Virus record (IMG/VR): IMGVR_UViG_3300035698_014170
Location: 23,341 to 87,340 of that record
DNA from: a virus
Strand: one strand, 5' to 3'
DNA: 64,000 bases
The stretch's first letter is position 1. Each line of letters starts with the position of its first letter. This document shows positions 47,273 through 56,884 of this stretch, one piece after another. The notes below the pieces were generated by a model that was not told where the DNA came from, searched no databases, and saw only the letters and a list, made by a program, of their open reading frames with translations. Position numbers and translations under genes: made by a program.

Positions 47273-49342
47273 ATGAAACGCATCTCTGACAGCACGAAAA
47301 ATAAAATTCGAGGAGAAAGAAAAAAAGGTACAAGTTTTAGAAAGATTGGGGCGAAGTACGGAGTCCATCATTCAACGGTACAAACCATTTGTCAAGATAT
47401 TTCTGTCGAAAATGCTATAAGTCTTAAAGATTTCAATCCTTCTAATCCTATGGTTAGATCAGACGCTCTTAAATTTATTCAAAAGAAAAAGAAACAAGGG
47501 TTTACAACAGATCAGCTTGCTAAAAAATTAGATACTACATTAGAGCGTACAAAGAAGGTAATTCAATATCTTTCCCATCACGATGGTTATAATATACTTA
47601 ATCAAGGACAAGACCATTGGCAGCTTGTTGTACAATTACCTGAAGAAAAACCACTTGAATTAAGTAGACTGCTCGGAAAAACTTATCGATTTGGTTTAAT
47701 ATCTGACACTCATTTAAATAATGAAAATGAAAGATTAGATGTCGTAGAAGCAGCTTACGATGAATTTGCTAGACAGAAAATAACAGATGTTTTTCATGCT
47801 GGTAATTTGATTGACGGAGAATTTCGATTTAATAAATACGAGATTAAAAACTGGGGAGTACATAATCAAGCACAGTATGTTGCAGATGTCTATCCTGAAC
47901 GTAGTGGTATAACGACTTACTTTATCACAGGTACTTGTCACGAAGGTTGGTATCAAGATAGTAGTGGATTAAAAGTAGGTTGGTACATTCAAAAAGTCTG
48001 CGAAGAAGCTGGAAGAACAGATATGGTTCATATTGGACATGTCGAAAGAGATATAATTCTTAAACAACCTATGGGTGATACTAAAATTAGATTAATGCAT
48101 CCAGGCGGAGGTTGTGCATATGCTCAATCTTATCCAGGACAAAAAATGGTCGAATCTTTTCAAGGCGGAGAAAAACCGCACATGTTGATATTAGGACATT
48201 ATCATAAATTCAACGTAAACTATGCACGTGAAATAACGACCATTATGGCGGGATGTTTTCATAGTGAAGCAAAAATAACGACAAAAAAAGGAGTTAAGAA
48301 AATCTCTAAAATAAAAAAGGGAGATTTAGTTTTAACACACAATAATCGATATAGAAAAGTAACTAAACTTTTTAAACGAGAATATGATGAAGATTGGGTT
48401 ACATTACATTTCGGACATAAAGGTTCGCAGTGTAACGGAGGAAATAGAATTACCGCTACATCAGAACATCCTATCCAAGTAGTTCGTGAAAATTTTAAGG
48501 AATGGATTCCGATTAAAAATATCGAACTTGACGATATTATTTTAGTAAATTCATCAGAATGTAAAGGATGTGGAGCTAAAGTACCTTATTATTTAAGCTA
48601 TTGTAAAAAATGTAATCCTTCAACAATATTAGCAAAAAAACGAAGAAAAAATGGGTTTATAACGTGGTACGAACGTTCGAAAGAAAACAAAAGATCTACA
48701 CATTTAGATAAAATGGAAGGGAAACCAATAAATAAGAAAGACTCAAAACATAAGCATTTCGTTAACGACATCTTGCCGTTTTGCGAAAAGAAAAAACAAG
48801 AAGGGTCAATAATTGTACCTGTCGGCGGCCCGCTTATTCCAGATGCTATTGAATTTAAAGACGGTAAAGTTATATTACACGAACTAGAAAGAGGCTTTTC
48901 TTACTGTAATACAAGTTTTAAAGATAAGTATAAAGATACTTATATGGAAGATTTTGTAGACGAAATTGAATGGAAACTATTAAAAAAACAGCAGGCAGAG
49001 TATAAAAGAACTTGGTATAAAGAAGATGAATCTGGATTTATTCAAGTTAAAGTTACTTCTAAATTAATAAAACCTACGAATAATAGTAAAGGAAAAAAGT
49101 TTGTTTATAATTTTGAAGTGGACGAGGATAATAGTTATGTTGCAGCAAATGTTGTTGTACACAACTGTCTTGAGGACCAGACTTCTTTTATGCGGAAAAA
49201 TAAATTGGCAGCACACGTTGGTTTTAGTGTAGTAACAATAGGATCACGAATTGACGGAACAATAGGAAGATGTAATGTAGAGTGGTTTCCTTTCTACGAT
49301 AGAAAATATCACCAGAAATTAAATAGCTATGTAATTGAGTGA
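47273..49342 (+). CDS. HTH + calcineurin-like metallophosphoesterase, interrupted by an intein
   Basis: ISDTH, HAGNLIDG, GTCHE, GHYH; N-terminal HTH (SFRKIGAKYGVHHSTV). Confidence 0.85.
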   Translation: MKRISDSTKNKIRGERKKGTSFRKIGAKYGVHHSTVQTICQDISVENAISLKDFNPSNPMVRSDALKFIQKKKKQGFTTDQLAKKLDTTLERTKKVIQYLSHHDGYNILNQGQDHWQLVVQLPEEKPLELSRLLGKTYRFGLISDTHLNNENERLDVVEAAYDEFARQKITDVFHAGNLIDGEFRFNKYEIKNWGVHNQAQYVADVYPERSGITTYFITGTCHEGWYQDSSGLKVGWYIQKVCEEAGRTDMVHIGHVERDIILKQPMGDTKIRLMHPGGGCAYAQSYPGQKMVESFQGGEKPHMLILGHYHKFNVNYAREITTIMAGCFHSEAKITTKKGVKKISKIKKGDLVLTHNNRYRKVTKLFKREYDEDWVTLHFGHKGSQCNGGNRITATSEHPIQVVRENFKEWIPIKNIELDDIILVNSSECKGCGAKVPYYLSYCKKCNPSTILAKKRRKNGFITWYERSKENKRSTHLDKMEGKPINKKDSKHKHFVNDILPFCEKKKQEGSIIVPVGGPLIPDAIEFKDGKVILHELERGFSYCNTSFKDKYKDTYMEDFVDEIEWKLLKKQQAEYKRTWYKEDESGFIQVKVTSKLIKPTNNSKGKKFVYNFEVDEDNSYVAANVVVHNCLEDQTSFMRKNKLAAHVGFSVVTIGSRIDGTIGRCNVEWFPFYDRKYHQKLNSYVIE
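48254..49165 (+). mobile_element. Intein (304 aa) with internal Zn-ribbon and nuclease-like domain
   Basis: Block A CFHSEAKI, block B ATSEHPI, blocks F/G VYNFEVDEDNSYVAANVVVHN followed by Cys(+1). Confidence 0.92.
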
Positions 49343-49351
49343 TAAGTGTTC

Positions 49352-49420
49352 GTTTACGGGGTCTAGCACTCCTTGTAACAAGAGATCTGCTTAAACGGGT
49401 ATAATTATAGCCCCTAAATA
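49352..49420 (-). repeat. Dispersed bipartite element, copy 4
   Basis: Reverse complement GGGGCTATAATTATACCCG...AGACCCCGTAAAC, 45-bp spacing. Confidence 0.9.
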
Positions 49421-49467
49421 TTAAACTGTTTAAATCGAAAGATATCAAGCTTTCTTTCTTTTCCTTA

Positions 49468-49503
49468 GGGCGGGTTACTTTATGGATATTCTGTAGCCCG
49501 CCC
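49468..49503. terminator. GC-rich hairpin at the convergence of the two transcription blocks
   Basis: GGGCGGGTTAC...GTAGCCCGCCC followed by AATTTTT. Confidence 0.6.
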
Positions 49504-49508
49504 AATTT

Positions 49509-49634
49509 TTATTTCTGCTTCTTTTTCCATTTTTCAAATTCTTTAAAAGTTATCTTTTTATAAGCTAGTTTCCATCGCATTTCTTCTTCTTTTCTACTAA
49601 TTAATCTACGACGTCTTTTAGAGCCTTTACCCAT
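49509..49634 (-). CDS. Small basic protein (MGKGSKRRRR..., 41 aa)
   Basis: Hand translation; GGTGA RBS. Confidence 0.55.
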   Translation of the reverse strand: MGKGSKRRRRLISRKEEEMRWKLAYKKITFKEFEKWKKKQK

Positions 49635-49648
49635 ATTTCACCATTAAA

Positions 49649-50164
49649 TTAATTTGTGTTTAATCTAGCCAAATATTCTACGGCTTTAGCATAACTGTGA
49701 CAATGAATAAAATCGATACCTACAGTAGTTGTTTCGTCAGAAAACAATGCTGTACCATCTATTTTTATATCGGACTCAGACCAATCTATATTTATAACTC
49801 GCTTTCTCCAACCAATTGTGATACGACCTTTAGGTGTTGTAACAATCAACCACGGAGATGTATAGTAGTAAACTTCACTACTGTATTGGTTTTCAATCAC
49901 TTTTACATAAATAGGTTCAAATCCGGTCTTAGCAAATAAACCAGTTAATTGAGCAATCCTTTCTTTTCGTTCTTGCTGTCTATTAATTTTTGCCCATTCT
50001 AAGTTAATTTTATACCTTATATTTGTTAAAGCATTACAAGCTTCGTGCGACATTTCTTGCTTAATATGTTCAGGAAGCTCGTGATAATTATCTGAATCAA
50101 TCGAAACAACGCCTGTAAAATTACCGCTTCCGCCTGCTGCGTCCATCTTACCTAAATTGATCAT
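49649..50164 (-). CDS. Hypothetical phage protein
   Basis: PW..V.T..G.I.IGWRKRVINIDW motif. Confidence 0.75.
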   Translation of the reverse strand: MINLGKMDAAGGSGNFTGVVSIDSDNYHELPEHIKQEMSHEACNALTNIRYKINLEWAKINRQQERKERIAQLTGLFAKTGFEPIYVKVIENQYSSEVYYYTSPWLIVTTPKGRITIGWRKRVINIDWSESDIKIDGTALFSDETTTVGIDFIHCHSYAKAVEYLARLNTN

Positions 50165-50304
50165 CTTTTTCCTTGCCTTTCCTTTTTAATTATTTCTTCG
50201 AGTTCTTTCAAGTCAGCAATATCGTAATCGTCTAATATATTGAGCAAAGTGTTGATCCAACCTTTAAGTCGATTACTGTTTCGAATTGCTTCTTCATTAT
50301 CCAT
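50161..50304 (-). CDS. Small hypothetical protein (47 aa)
   Basis: Hand translation; overlaps both neighbours. Confidence 0.55.
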   Translation of the reverse strand: MDNEEAIRNSNRLKGWINTLLNILDDYDIADLKELEEIIKKERQGKR

Positions 50305-50602
50305 CTTTTTTCTCTTTTAAAACATAACCTTTTTCTATGTCGTAATTATACTTTCCGCCATACATTTTTGACCAAAAATCCTCGCTAAATAATATTTTCG
50401 GAATTTCTTTGATTTGACCTGCTTTAAAAGCGATTTGTGCTGCTTCTTCTCTATTAACAAATTTGCCTCCATTTGTAACGAATCCTTGTACTACTTGCGG
50501 ATTAATAGTATTATATTTTTTAAAACATTCGGAATGATGCTTACCTGTAAAAATAGTAAAAGGTGCTTCTCTCATTTTTATAGCAGCATGTGTTATTTTC
50601 AT
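50297..50602 (-). CDS. Hypothetical phage protein
   Basis: GKHH..C, QGFVT..G.FVNREEA, LFSED; likely start 50602 by ATGA overlap with queE. Confidence 0.75.
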   Translation of the reverse strand: MKITHAAIKMREAPFTIFTGKHHSECFKKYNTINPQVVQGFVTNGGKFVNREEAAQIAFKAGQIKEIPKILFSEDFWSKMYGGKYNYDIEKGYVLKEKKDG

Positions 50603-51312
50603 CTTTCCTCTTTTGCACTGGGCCAAAGGATTTTATGAAGTTGCAATGAATATTGAACAAGCTGTAAAGTATCACTATTTTCTAACATCATTTCGGCTAA
50701 TTTAGTAGGCCAATCAGTAAATTCAGATCCGAAAATAAATCCAGGACTAAAAGCGATTTGTGCTTCCCAATCCTTGTGATTAGCTATTACTTCTTTAGCT
50801 CGATTATAATCTGTTTCGTCAGATATTACAAATTTAATAACATCTGTTTCTGCCAAAGATTCGAAAACATCTGGTTTCATATACCCTTCCATTTTCGTTG
50901 AGGGCAATTTGTAATCAACAATGTACCGTAAATATTGCTTTATCAATCTATTAAAACACAATTGATGTTCATTAATTTTAAATAGTCTCGGAAGAAGTTG
51001 TGAACCGTTTGTTTCAACAGATACTCGATGCCCTAACTCTAATAATAAACTAATTAGATTAGCTGTCTCAGCTTGTAATAAAGGTTCGCCACCGGTAATA
51101 GTCACTTTATTTAAAAGATTCGTATTAACAATTTGATCAAGAGTCATATAATTTTTAGGCTCTGAACTTTGCGAATACGCTGTGTCACAACAAGTGCATT
51201 TAAGATTACAACCCTTTAAACGAATAAAAGTGCAAAGCTCTCCTGCTCCTTTGAATCCGTTTACTTCGCCGTCAATTGAATTGAATATTGCTTGTACGTT
51301 TAATCGTTTCAT
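50599..51312 (-). CDS. queE: 7-carboxy-7-deazaguanine synthase (radical SAM)
   Basis: IFNSIDGE, FIRLKGCNLKCTCCDT, ITGGEPLLQ, ETNGS, LQLHK. Confidence 0.9.
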   Translation of the reverse strand: MKRLNVQAIFNSIDGEVNGFKGAGELCTFIRLKGCNLKCTCCDTAYSQSSEPKNYMTLDQIVNTNLLNKVTITGGEPLLQAETANLISLLLELGHRVSVETNGSQLLPRLFKINEHQLCFNRLIKQYLRYIVDYKLPSTKMEGYMKPDVFESLAETDVIKFVISDETDYNRAKEVIANHKDWEAQIAFSPGFIFGSEFTDWPTKLAEMMLENSDTLQLVQYSLQLHKILWPSAKEER

Positions 51313-51343
51313 TGTTTTACTTTCTTTTTAATATAAATAAAAC

Positions 51344-51539
51344 TATCAGGCGTGGCAGGGATTTGCACCCTGCATGGGGTTGTTATTTGTTTTGTTGGGG
51401 AGAAGCACAGCATTCTAATCCAACACCTGTCAATTCAGGTCAACAACATTCTTATAAACATCAGCTTATCGATGCCTTTTACCAGAGAGGACTTCTCTAA
51501 CTCTCTTGCGTCTACCTATTTTTCCGCCACTGCCCGATA
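51344..51539 (-). ncRNA. tRNA-like structured RNA with non-canonical anticodon arm and ~110-nt variable insert
   Basis: Leu-type D arm GTGGCGG..GGTAGACGC; T-arm GCAGGG-TGCAAAT-CCCTGC; termini pair (TATCGGGC/GCCTGATA). Confidence 0.7.
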
Positions 51540-51546
51540 TTTTTAG

Positions 51547-51855
51547 TTACTTGTTTGTAAATCTTCTTCGTTGCTCTAAACACAGATTGTTGTACTGAGG
51601 ATATACTGTATTAGGATCAACTCCGTCAATTTCCATTTTTCTAAGATCTTTTTTCAATTTGAGTTTTTCTTTTTCATCTGTACAAGCTTCGATAGCAGCT
51701 TTCATCCTTGGAGGTACTTTTGCTGTTCTCTCTTTAGCATACTTTTCAATCAAACAAACTACTGAGTTTAGATGTGTATCTGTCATATCACATATTTCGA
51801 CTGCTTCTCCGTCTCTACTTTTCCAAACATTTAAATCTACTTTTTTCTTACTCAT
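51547..51855 (-). CDS. Hypothetical phage protein
   Basis: W..DG..I.DMTDTHL motif; AAGGAG RBS. Confidence 0.75.
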   Translation of the reverse strand: MSKKKVDLNVWKSRDGEAVEICDMTDTHLNSVVCLIEKYAKERTAKVPPRMKAAIEACTDEKEKLKLKKDLRKMEIDGVDPNTVYPQYNNLCLEQRRRFTNK

Positions 51856-51886
51856 ACTACTGCTCCTTTAATTAAATAAACACATC

Positions 51887-51950
51887 GTTAAGGGGCTCTC
51901 CCTTAACGTATCATAAGCTTCTAATCACTTCGTGGCTAATTATACCCTAT
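51887..51950 (-). repeat. Dispersed bipartite element, copy 5 (divergent)
   Basis: Reverse complement GGGTATAATTAGCC...AGAGCCCCTTAAC, 45-bp spacing. Confidence 0.7.
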
Positions 51951-52183
51951 TCTTTTGATTCTAAAGATTCTGTTAACGTCTGAATGTTTTCGTTTAAATA
52001 TTTTGTTAATGTAGGCCATATTTGTTTTGTTTCTTCTTCCGAAAGACAAAAAGTTGTAACCGAATTTTCCAGAATTAAACGTAAACCGGAATATTTTTTT
52101 GCTGATAAAAAGTTTTCAAATTGTCTTATTCGATTAAGTTTCTCTTCTATTTCTATTATTTTCATAATTTCCTTTCTAAACAA
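51947..52183 (-). CDS. Hypothetical protein
   Basis: Short ORF; AAAGGA RBS before internal MKIIE start. Confidence 0.6.
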   Translation of the reverse strand: MFRKEIMKIIEIEEKLNRIRQFENFLSAKKYSGLRLILENSVTTFCLSEEETKQIWPTLTKYLNENIQTLTESLESKE

Positions 52184-52209
52184 AAATTACAGCCTTGTAA
52201 TATTCAAAC

Positions 52210-52809
52210 TTAAAAATTGGTATTTTTTATCTGACTAAAAAATTCGTTCTTTGTAGAAGACTCTGTTCTAAAATTACCTTGAACAGAACTAGTAATAGCG
52301 ACTGATTCCGGCTTATTAATTCCTCGCATTCTCATACAAAGATGTTGCCCTTCAACTTGCACTGCTGCGCCTAATGATCCTATAGACATTAAAGCTCTTG
52401 TAATATCCTCAGTAAAATCTTCTTGAATGACTGGTCTTTTTGCTAACATTTCGACCAATCTTGGAATTTTAGATAATCCTAAAACTTTACCGTTCGGAAT
52501 ATATGCTACTGAAACATAATATTCTACAGGAAGAAAATGATGTGGACACATAGAAAATGTATGTATATTACGAACAATTACCATTTGATCTGACAAAGAG
52601 TTAAAAGCTGTAGTCAAAATGCTGTTAATTTTGTCTTCAGTATTTTCAAGCCCTGCAAAAATTTCTTGATATGCTTTTACGATTCTTTGAGGAGTTTTCT
52701 TAAAATGTTGATTATCAAGATCAAGACCTAAACCTTTTAAAAATTGCGTAATGCCGAGTCCCATTTGTTCGACATTCATTCGTTTTGGACTAATTTGTAA
52801 ATTCTGCAT
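52210..52809 (-). CDS. folE: GTP cyclohydrolase I
   Basis: TPQR, SMCPHHFLP, GLSKIPR, QE, HLCMRMRG. Confidence 0.95.
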   Translation of the reverse strand: MQNLQISPKRMNVEQMGLGITQFLKGLGLDLDNQHFKKTPQRIVKAYQEIFAGLENTEDKINSILTTAFNSLSDQMVIVRNIHTFSMCPHHFLPVEYYVSVAYIPNGKVLGLSKIPRLVEMLAKRPVIQEDFTEDITRALMSIGSLGAAVQVEGQHLCMRMRGINKPESVAITSSVQGNFRTESSTKNEFFSQIKNTNF

Positions 52810-52821
52810 GTACTTTTGTCT

Positions 52822-52851
52822 CCTTTATTTTTATTATACTAAATTATTTGT
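52822..52851 (-). promoter_or_regulatory. Promoter-like motif AACAAATAATTTAGTATAATAAAA plus RBS; repeated near 53150-53175
   Basis: Identical ~24-nt motif upstream of two adjacent genes; TAGTATAAT core also near 5625 and 63405. Confidence 0.6.
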
Positions 52852-52852
52852 T

Positions 52853-53135
52853 TTACGGAGCGATGCCTTCAAGCCATTCGTAAGTGTTCGGGCCGTCTTC
52901 GCCGTCTTTCATTTCTGCAACCCAATTTTCGTAAGCATCACCTTTGATCAATCTTATAATTTGATCAATAACCCAACAACGATGATGGTCACCTTCGATG
53001 CCTCCGTACTCTTCGATAATTTCTAATACTTTTTTGTTCGTATCCTCGAGTTGCTTAATTTGTTTATCCTCGCCTATAACACATTCTTTCAACGAAGTTA
53101 TCTCAGATTGTAATTTACTTATCTTATTTTTCCAT
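52853..53135 (-). CDS. Hypothetical protein; true start probably ATG 53135 with an extra A in the run
   Basis: ATG GAA AA(A)T AAG restores frame into ORF 52853..53092; YGGIEGDHH..WVIDQ, EGIAP. Confidence 0.65.
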
Positions 53136-53292
53136 TTTTAATAACCTTTATTTTTATTATACTAAATTATTTGTTAAAAGCATTAAAAATTTTATTTTAA
53201 CTCGGAGGAGTATTTGTCCAAACCGCCTGGTGACTCTATTCCGGAGTAGAAACAATCTTTTTTAATAGATTCAGGTGTTATGTTAATAGGAT

Positions 53293-55227
53293 TCATTTTA
53301 TCGGACAACTTCCACCATCACATTCTAAAGAATCTTCAAATTCAGTTTCTTCGACGTCTTCTATCTTTGTAATCATAGTAGTCATTTTAGATAATTCATT
53401 GTAACGATCTTTTGATATTTCTTCATAAGGTGCTTGGGCAAATCCGTGTTCGTTATGTAACAAGAAAGAAACAGATTTAATCATACCGTAATTTTCTTTT
53501 AACCATTTTTTAATACTTGGAAGTTCTTTTTTACGATAATATACAGTTATACTGACACTATTATCAGACCACCATTTTTGAAGTTCTTTCAATGTTTCGA
53601 GTTGATCAATAGCTGATACATCTTTTGCTAACGTAGTTCCTTTTGGAGTTTTAATAGGAAAAGAAACAACCATTGTTTTCGTATCCCTTTGTCCATCGTA
53701 TTTTAACGCAGGTTCGACATGATAACCTTTATCTCTACATACTGTTACTAAATTATCGTTAGCAGCCATTCTAATTCGTCTTATATAGTATTCAGAAAAC
53801 GCAGGGTGTCCTCCAGGAGTAACTCCTGCAAGTAAAGATACAGTACCTGACGGTTTAACTGTTGTTAATTTTTTTGAACTGTTAGCCCCAATCTTTTTTG
53901 AATATTCAAGATCGTATTCTTTTAAGTATTTATATACTTCGTCAAAAGCAGTAGAATTTGTTTTAAACGAAGACTGCATATATCCTGTTATTCCGATTCC
54001 TATTCTTTGATTTCTTCGAACTACTTCTTTTGTTTCACTGTGAATAAAAGGTAATTGAGAAATAGTTTTACACGATTCGTATAAAAGTCTTGCTATTTCT
54101 TTGAACTTAATTACGTTTTTAATATTAGGAAGAAAAATTTCAGCTAGGTTACAAGCTTCATAACTTTCTAATGTTATTTCTCCGCAAGGATTAGTCCCAA
54201 CAACTTTGCTGTCTATATTCTCGTTTCTTCCGTCTACTAGCCTACGATAGTTTTGACTTACATCTAAATTAACTAATCCATAAGGCTCTCCTTCACCTTC
54301 GTATAATTTCCAAAATGCATCCGTACAATCTTCAATATCGTTAACAATAACACTGTTGTTTGACATACATCTATGATTAGGAACAGTTTGAATATTCCAA
54401 TTTTTAGCGTTAATGAACTCAATATCGTTAATCGAACCTAAAGCAATTTGAGCACTTCTTCTCACATTACCTGCTACAACAACAGAACCTATGATATTCA
54501 TAATATCTAAACAGTCGATAGGACGAAGTTTTTTATTGTATCTGGCTTTAAGAATGTTTACAATTTTATGAATTCCGTCAACCAAATCTTCACTACCAGA
54601 AGCTATTCCTCCAAAACTTTTAATAACTCTGCCTCTTGGACGAATACAAGTAGTAGAGTATGTCAAATCTTTTCCAGAATAATAAAAGGACTTAAGAACT
54701 TTTGAAAGAAGTTTAACCCAACCTTCACGATTATCTGGTACAATAAAATCTACGTCGTTTGAATCTTCTCTTTTTACATTGACATTATATTTAATTACAG
54801 GTAATTCATAAACATTTTCGGGCATTATATTAAAACCTACTCCGCCTCCAAGCATTAATTCATTAAACGTAAAACAAAAAGCTTTGATAGGATCATTTAC
54901 GGAAACAGCCCAACAATTCTGTAAACTGTCTCCGCCAATTCTATCAACTGTTTCTGTACCTAATTGCCATAAAGCTCGACCTGATAGACTACAACGAAGA
55001 TTAAAAATATGATCATACAACGTTTCTGCGTCTTGTTTTGAAAATCTACTTCCTATAGATAAAAGTCCGTTTATACATCTTTCGATTGTTTCAAACCATT
55101 CTTCAGTTCTATTTTCGTTTTCTATTCTACGAGCGTACGTCCGTTTATACGTAATGTATCCTATAGGACCCCAAGGAGGAGTTAATTCTTTATATTTATC
55201 TACAAACTCTTTACTCAGTTTTTTCAT
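53293..55227 (-). CDS. nrdJ: Class II (B12-dependent) ribonucleotide reductase, monomeric type
   Basis: YKRTYAR, SGRALW, QNC, GNVRRSA, TNPCGEI.L..YEACNL, VKPSGT, C-terminal CDGGSCP. Confidence 0.92.
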   Translation of the reverse strand: MKKLSKEFVDKYKELTPPWGPIGYITYKRTYARRIENENRTEEWFETIERCINGLLSIGSRFSKQDAETLYDHIFNLRCSLSGRALWQLGTETVDRIGGDSLQNCWAVSVNDPIKAFCFTFNELMLGGGVGFNIMPENVYELPVIKYNVNVKREDSNDVDFIVPDNREGWVKLLSKVLKSFYYSGKDLTYSTTCIRPRGRVIKSFGGIASGSEDLVDGIHKIVNILKARYNKKLRPIDCLDIMNIIGSVVVAGNVRRSAQIALGSINDIEFINAKNWNIQTVPNHRCMSNNSVIVNDIEDCTDAFWKLYEGEGEPYGLVNLDVSQNYRRLVDGRNENIDSKVVGTNPCGEITLESYEACNLAEIFLPNIKNVIKFKEIARLLYESCKTISQLPFIHSETKEVVRRNQRIGIGITGYMQSSFKTNSTAFDEVYKYLKEYDLEYSKKIGANSSKKLTTVKPSGTVSLLAGVTPGGHPAFSEYYIRRIRMAANDNLVTVCRDKGYHVEPALKYDGQRDTKTMVVSFPIKTPKGTTLAKDVSAIDQLETLKELQKWWSDNSVSITVYYRKKELPSIKKWLKENYGMIKSVSFLLHNEHGFAQAPYEEISKDRYNELSKMTTMITKIEDVEETEFEDSLECDGGSCPIK

Positions 55228-55723
55228 TCAGTTTCTCCAATTTTTGTTTTGCTCTTTTCTTTAATAATTCAGCAGTATCTTTTTTATGACATCTTATACA
55301 AAGTGTCTGTAAGTTTTCTAATCCACAACATCCTCCGCCTTCGCAAACTGGAATAATATGGTCTGCTTGCCATAATCTATTCTTAGAATACCAGGGACCA
55401 AAAGCTTCTTTTAATTCTTTCCTTGTACTGACTTTATAACGAAAAACCATTCGTTTTAATAATCGGAATTGTTTTTGTAACCATCTACAATCTATACCAC
55501 ATTCGGCACAAATACATTTATCACGTTTATAAAAATCAATGTAACCCATACGAACATATGCTTCTTTTCTACATTCTTCACTGCACCAAACTCTTTTTGC
55601 AGGCTTACCACACCATTTACAGGAACCTTTAGGAGGTTTAGGCAACATCGAACTGTTTAAGTATCTTGTAAATCTAAGTTCGTATAATCTTTGAACAACT
55701 TCTGGTCTAGGAATTGGTTTCAT
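55211..55723 (-). CDS. HNH endonuclease
   Basis: CKWC, CAECG, WQADHIIPV.EGGG..LENLQTLC..CH. Confidence 0.9.
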   Translation of the reverse strand: MKPIPRPEVVQRLYELRFTRYLNSSMLPKPPKGSCKWCGKPAKRVWCSEECRKEAYVRMGYIDFYKRDKCICAECGIDCRWLQKQFRLLKRMVFRYKVSTRKELKEAFGPWYSKNRLWQADHIIPVCEGGGCCGLENLQTLCIRCHKKDTAELLKKRAKQKLEKLNEKTE

Positions 55724-56883
55724 CCTTTAATAACTCCCAAAGGAGTTAATTTCGTAACAATATCTACTAAATCTTTTTGTTCTTCCATTACAATATTAAT
55801 ATCCTTATAAGCACCTGCCGCTTCGTCTAAGTCTGAGATATTTCGAATATTATGAACAACACCTAATGTGTTTAATTTAAGTATCTCGTCTTTTAGATTG
55901 AGCTCGTTTTTAGCCTTTGTCCTACTCATTTTTCTTCCGGCTCCGTGCGAACAGGATTTGAAAGATTCGATATTTCCTTTTCCTTCTACGATGTAAGAAG
56001 AAGTACCTTGACTACCAGGAATAATGCCTATCTCATCTTTTTTAGCCGAAGTAGCACCTTTTCTATGCACAATAACATTTTTACCGTAATGATTTTCCCA
56101 ACGTGCATAGTTGTGATGAATATCTATAGGAGTAGAAAAACGACAGTCAGGTAAGATAGAGTGAAATGCTGTTACAACATTAGCAACTATTTGAGAACGA
56201 TTTGCTTTTGCAAATTTTAACGCATAGTTCATAGCCTCCATATATTCCGAACCTTCTCTAGATTCGATAGGTAAAAAAGCTAATCCGTCTTCGCCTTTAA
56301 AAGCAGGAATATTAGAATACCATCGATTACAAAGTTTTTGTGCTAATGTATTATAATACTTAGCTATTTGATACCCAAAATTTCTACTACCAGAATGTAC
56401 CATAATCCAAATGAACCCGTCATCTCCTTTTTGTATTTCGATGAAATGGTTACCGCCTCCAAGTGTTCCTAATTGATGTCTAGCAGATTCCTGGTGCCTT
56501 CGAATAACATCAATATCAGGAATTCCTTCAAATCCTGACCAATTTTGAGGTGATTTATGGTGTTCAAATCCTAAAGGTACAGTTTCTCTAACTTCGCCCA
56601 TAATTTTCTTAATTTGTTCGATAGATAAATCTTTAGCATAAGTTTTAAGAGCGCACATTCCGCAACCGATATCTACACCCACTGCATTAGGAATTACAGC
56701 ATTTTCGCAAGCAATCACTCCGCCTATAGGCATACCGTAACCACAATGAGTATCTGGCATTAAACAAACATGCTTATAAATAAAAGGCAGTTTAGTTAAA
56801 TTATATGCTTGTTCTAGTGCAGGTCCTTCAACATCATTACACCAACTACGTATCGGAACATTTTGTCCTTCAAATACTTTCAT
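55720..56883 (-). CDS. rtcB: RtcB RNA ligase
   Basis: MPDTH.G.G.PIG, VGVDIGCG, GTLGGGNHF, HSGSR, HHN, HRKGA, HGAGR; likely start 56883. Confidence 0.95.
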   Translation of the reverse strand: MKVFEGQNVPIRSWCNDVEGPALEQAYNLTKLPFIYKHVCLMPDTHCGYGMPIGGVIACENAVIPNAVGVDIGCGMCALKTYAKDLSIEQIKKIMGEVRETVPLGFEHHKSPQNWSGFEGIPDIDVIRRHQESARHQLGTLGGGNHFIEIQKGDDGFIWIMVHSGSRNFGYQIAKYYNTLAQKLCNRWYSNIPAFKGEDGLAFLPIESREGSEYMEAMNYALKFAKANRSQIVANVVTAFHSILPDCRFSTPIDIHHNYARWENHYGKNVIVHRKGATSAKKDEIGIIPGSQGTSSYIVEGKGNIESFKSCSHGAGRKMSRTKAKNELNLKDEILKLNTLGVVHNIRNISDLDEAAGAYKDINIVMEEQKDLVDIVTKLTPLGVIKG

Positions 56884-56884
56884 T

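Noticed and set aside
717-49505. Short minus-strand ORFs within the plus-strand block (e.g. 15397..15768, 20559..20948, 31179..31691) and plus-strand ORFs after 49.6 kb
   Set aside because: Antisense shadows of well-supported genes, with no RBS or recognisable motifs.
51344-51539. tmRNA, group I intron-containing tRNA, or preQ1 riboswitch
   Set aside because: It lacks GGGG 5' end and Ala identity and a tag ORF, the insert is too short for a group I core, and no preQ1 aptamer consensus was recognised. Kept as an unclassified tRNA-like RNA.
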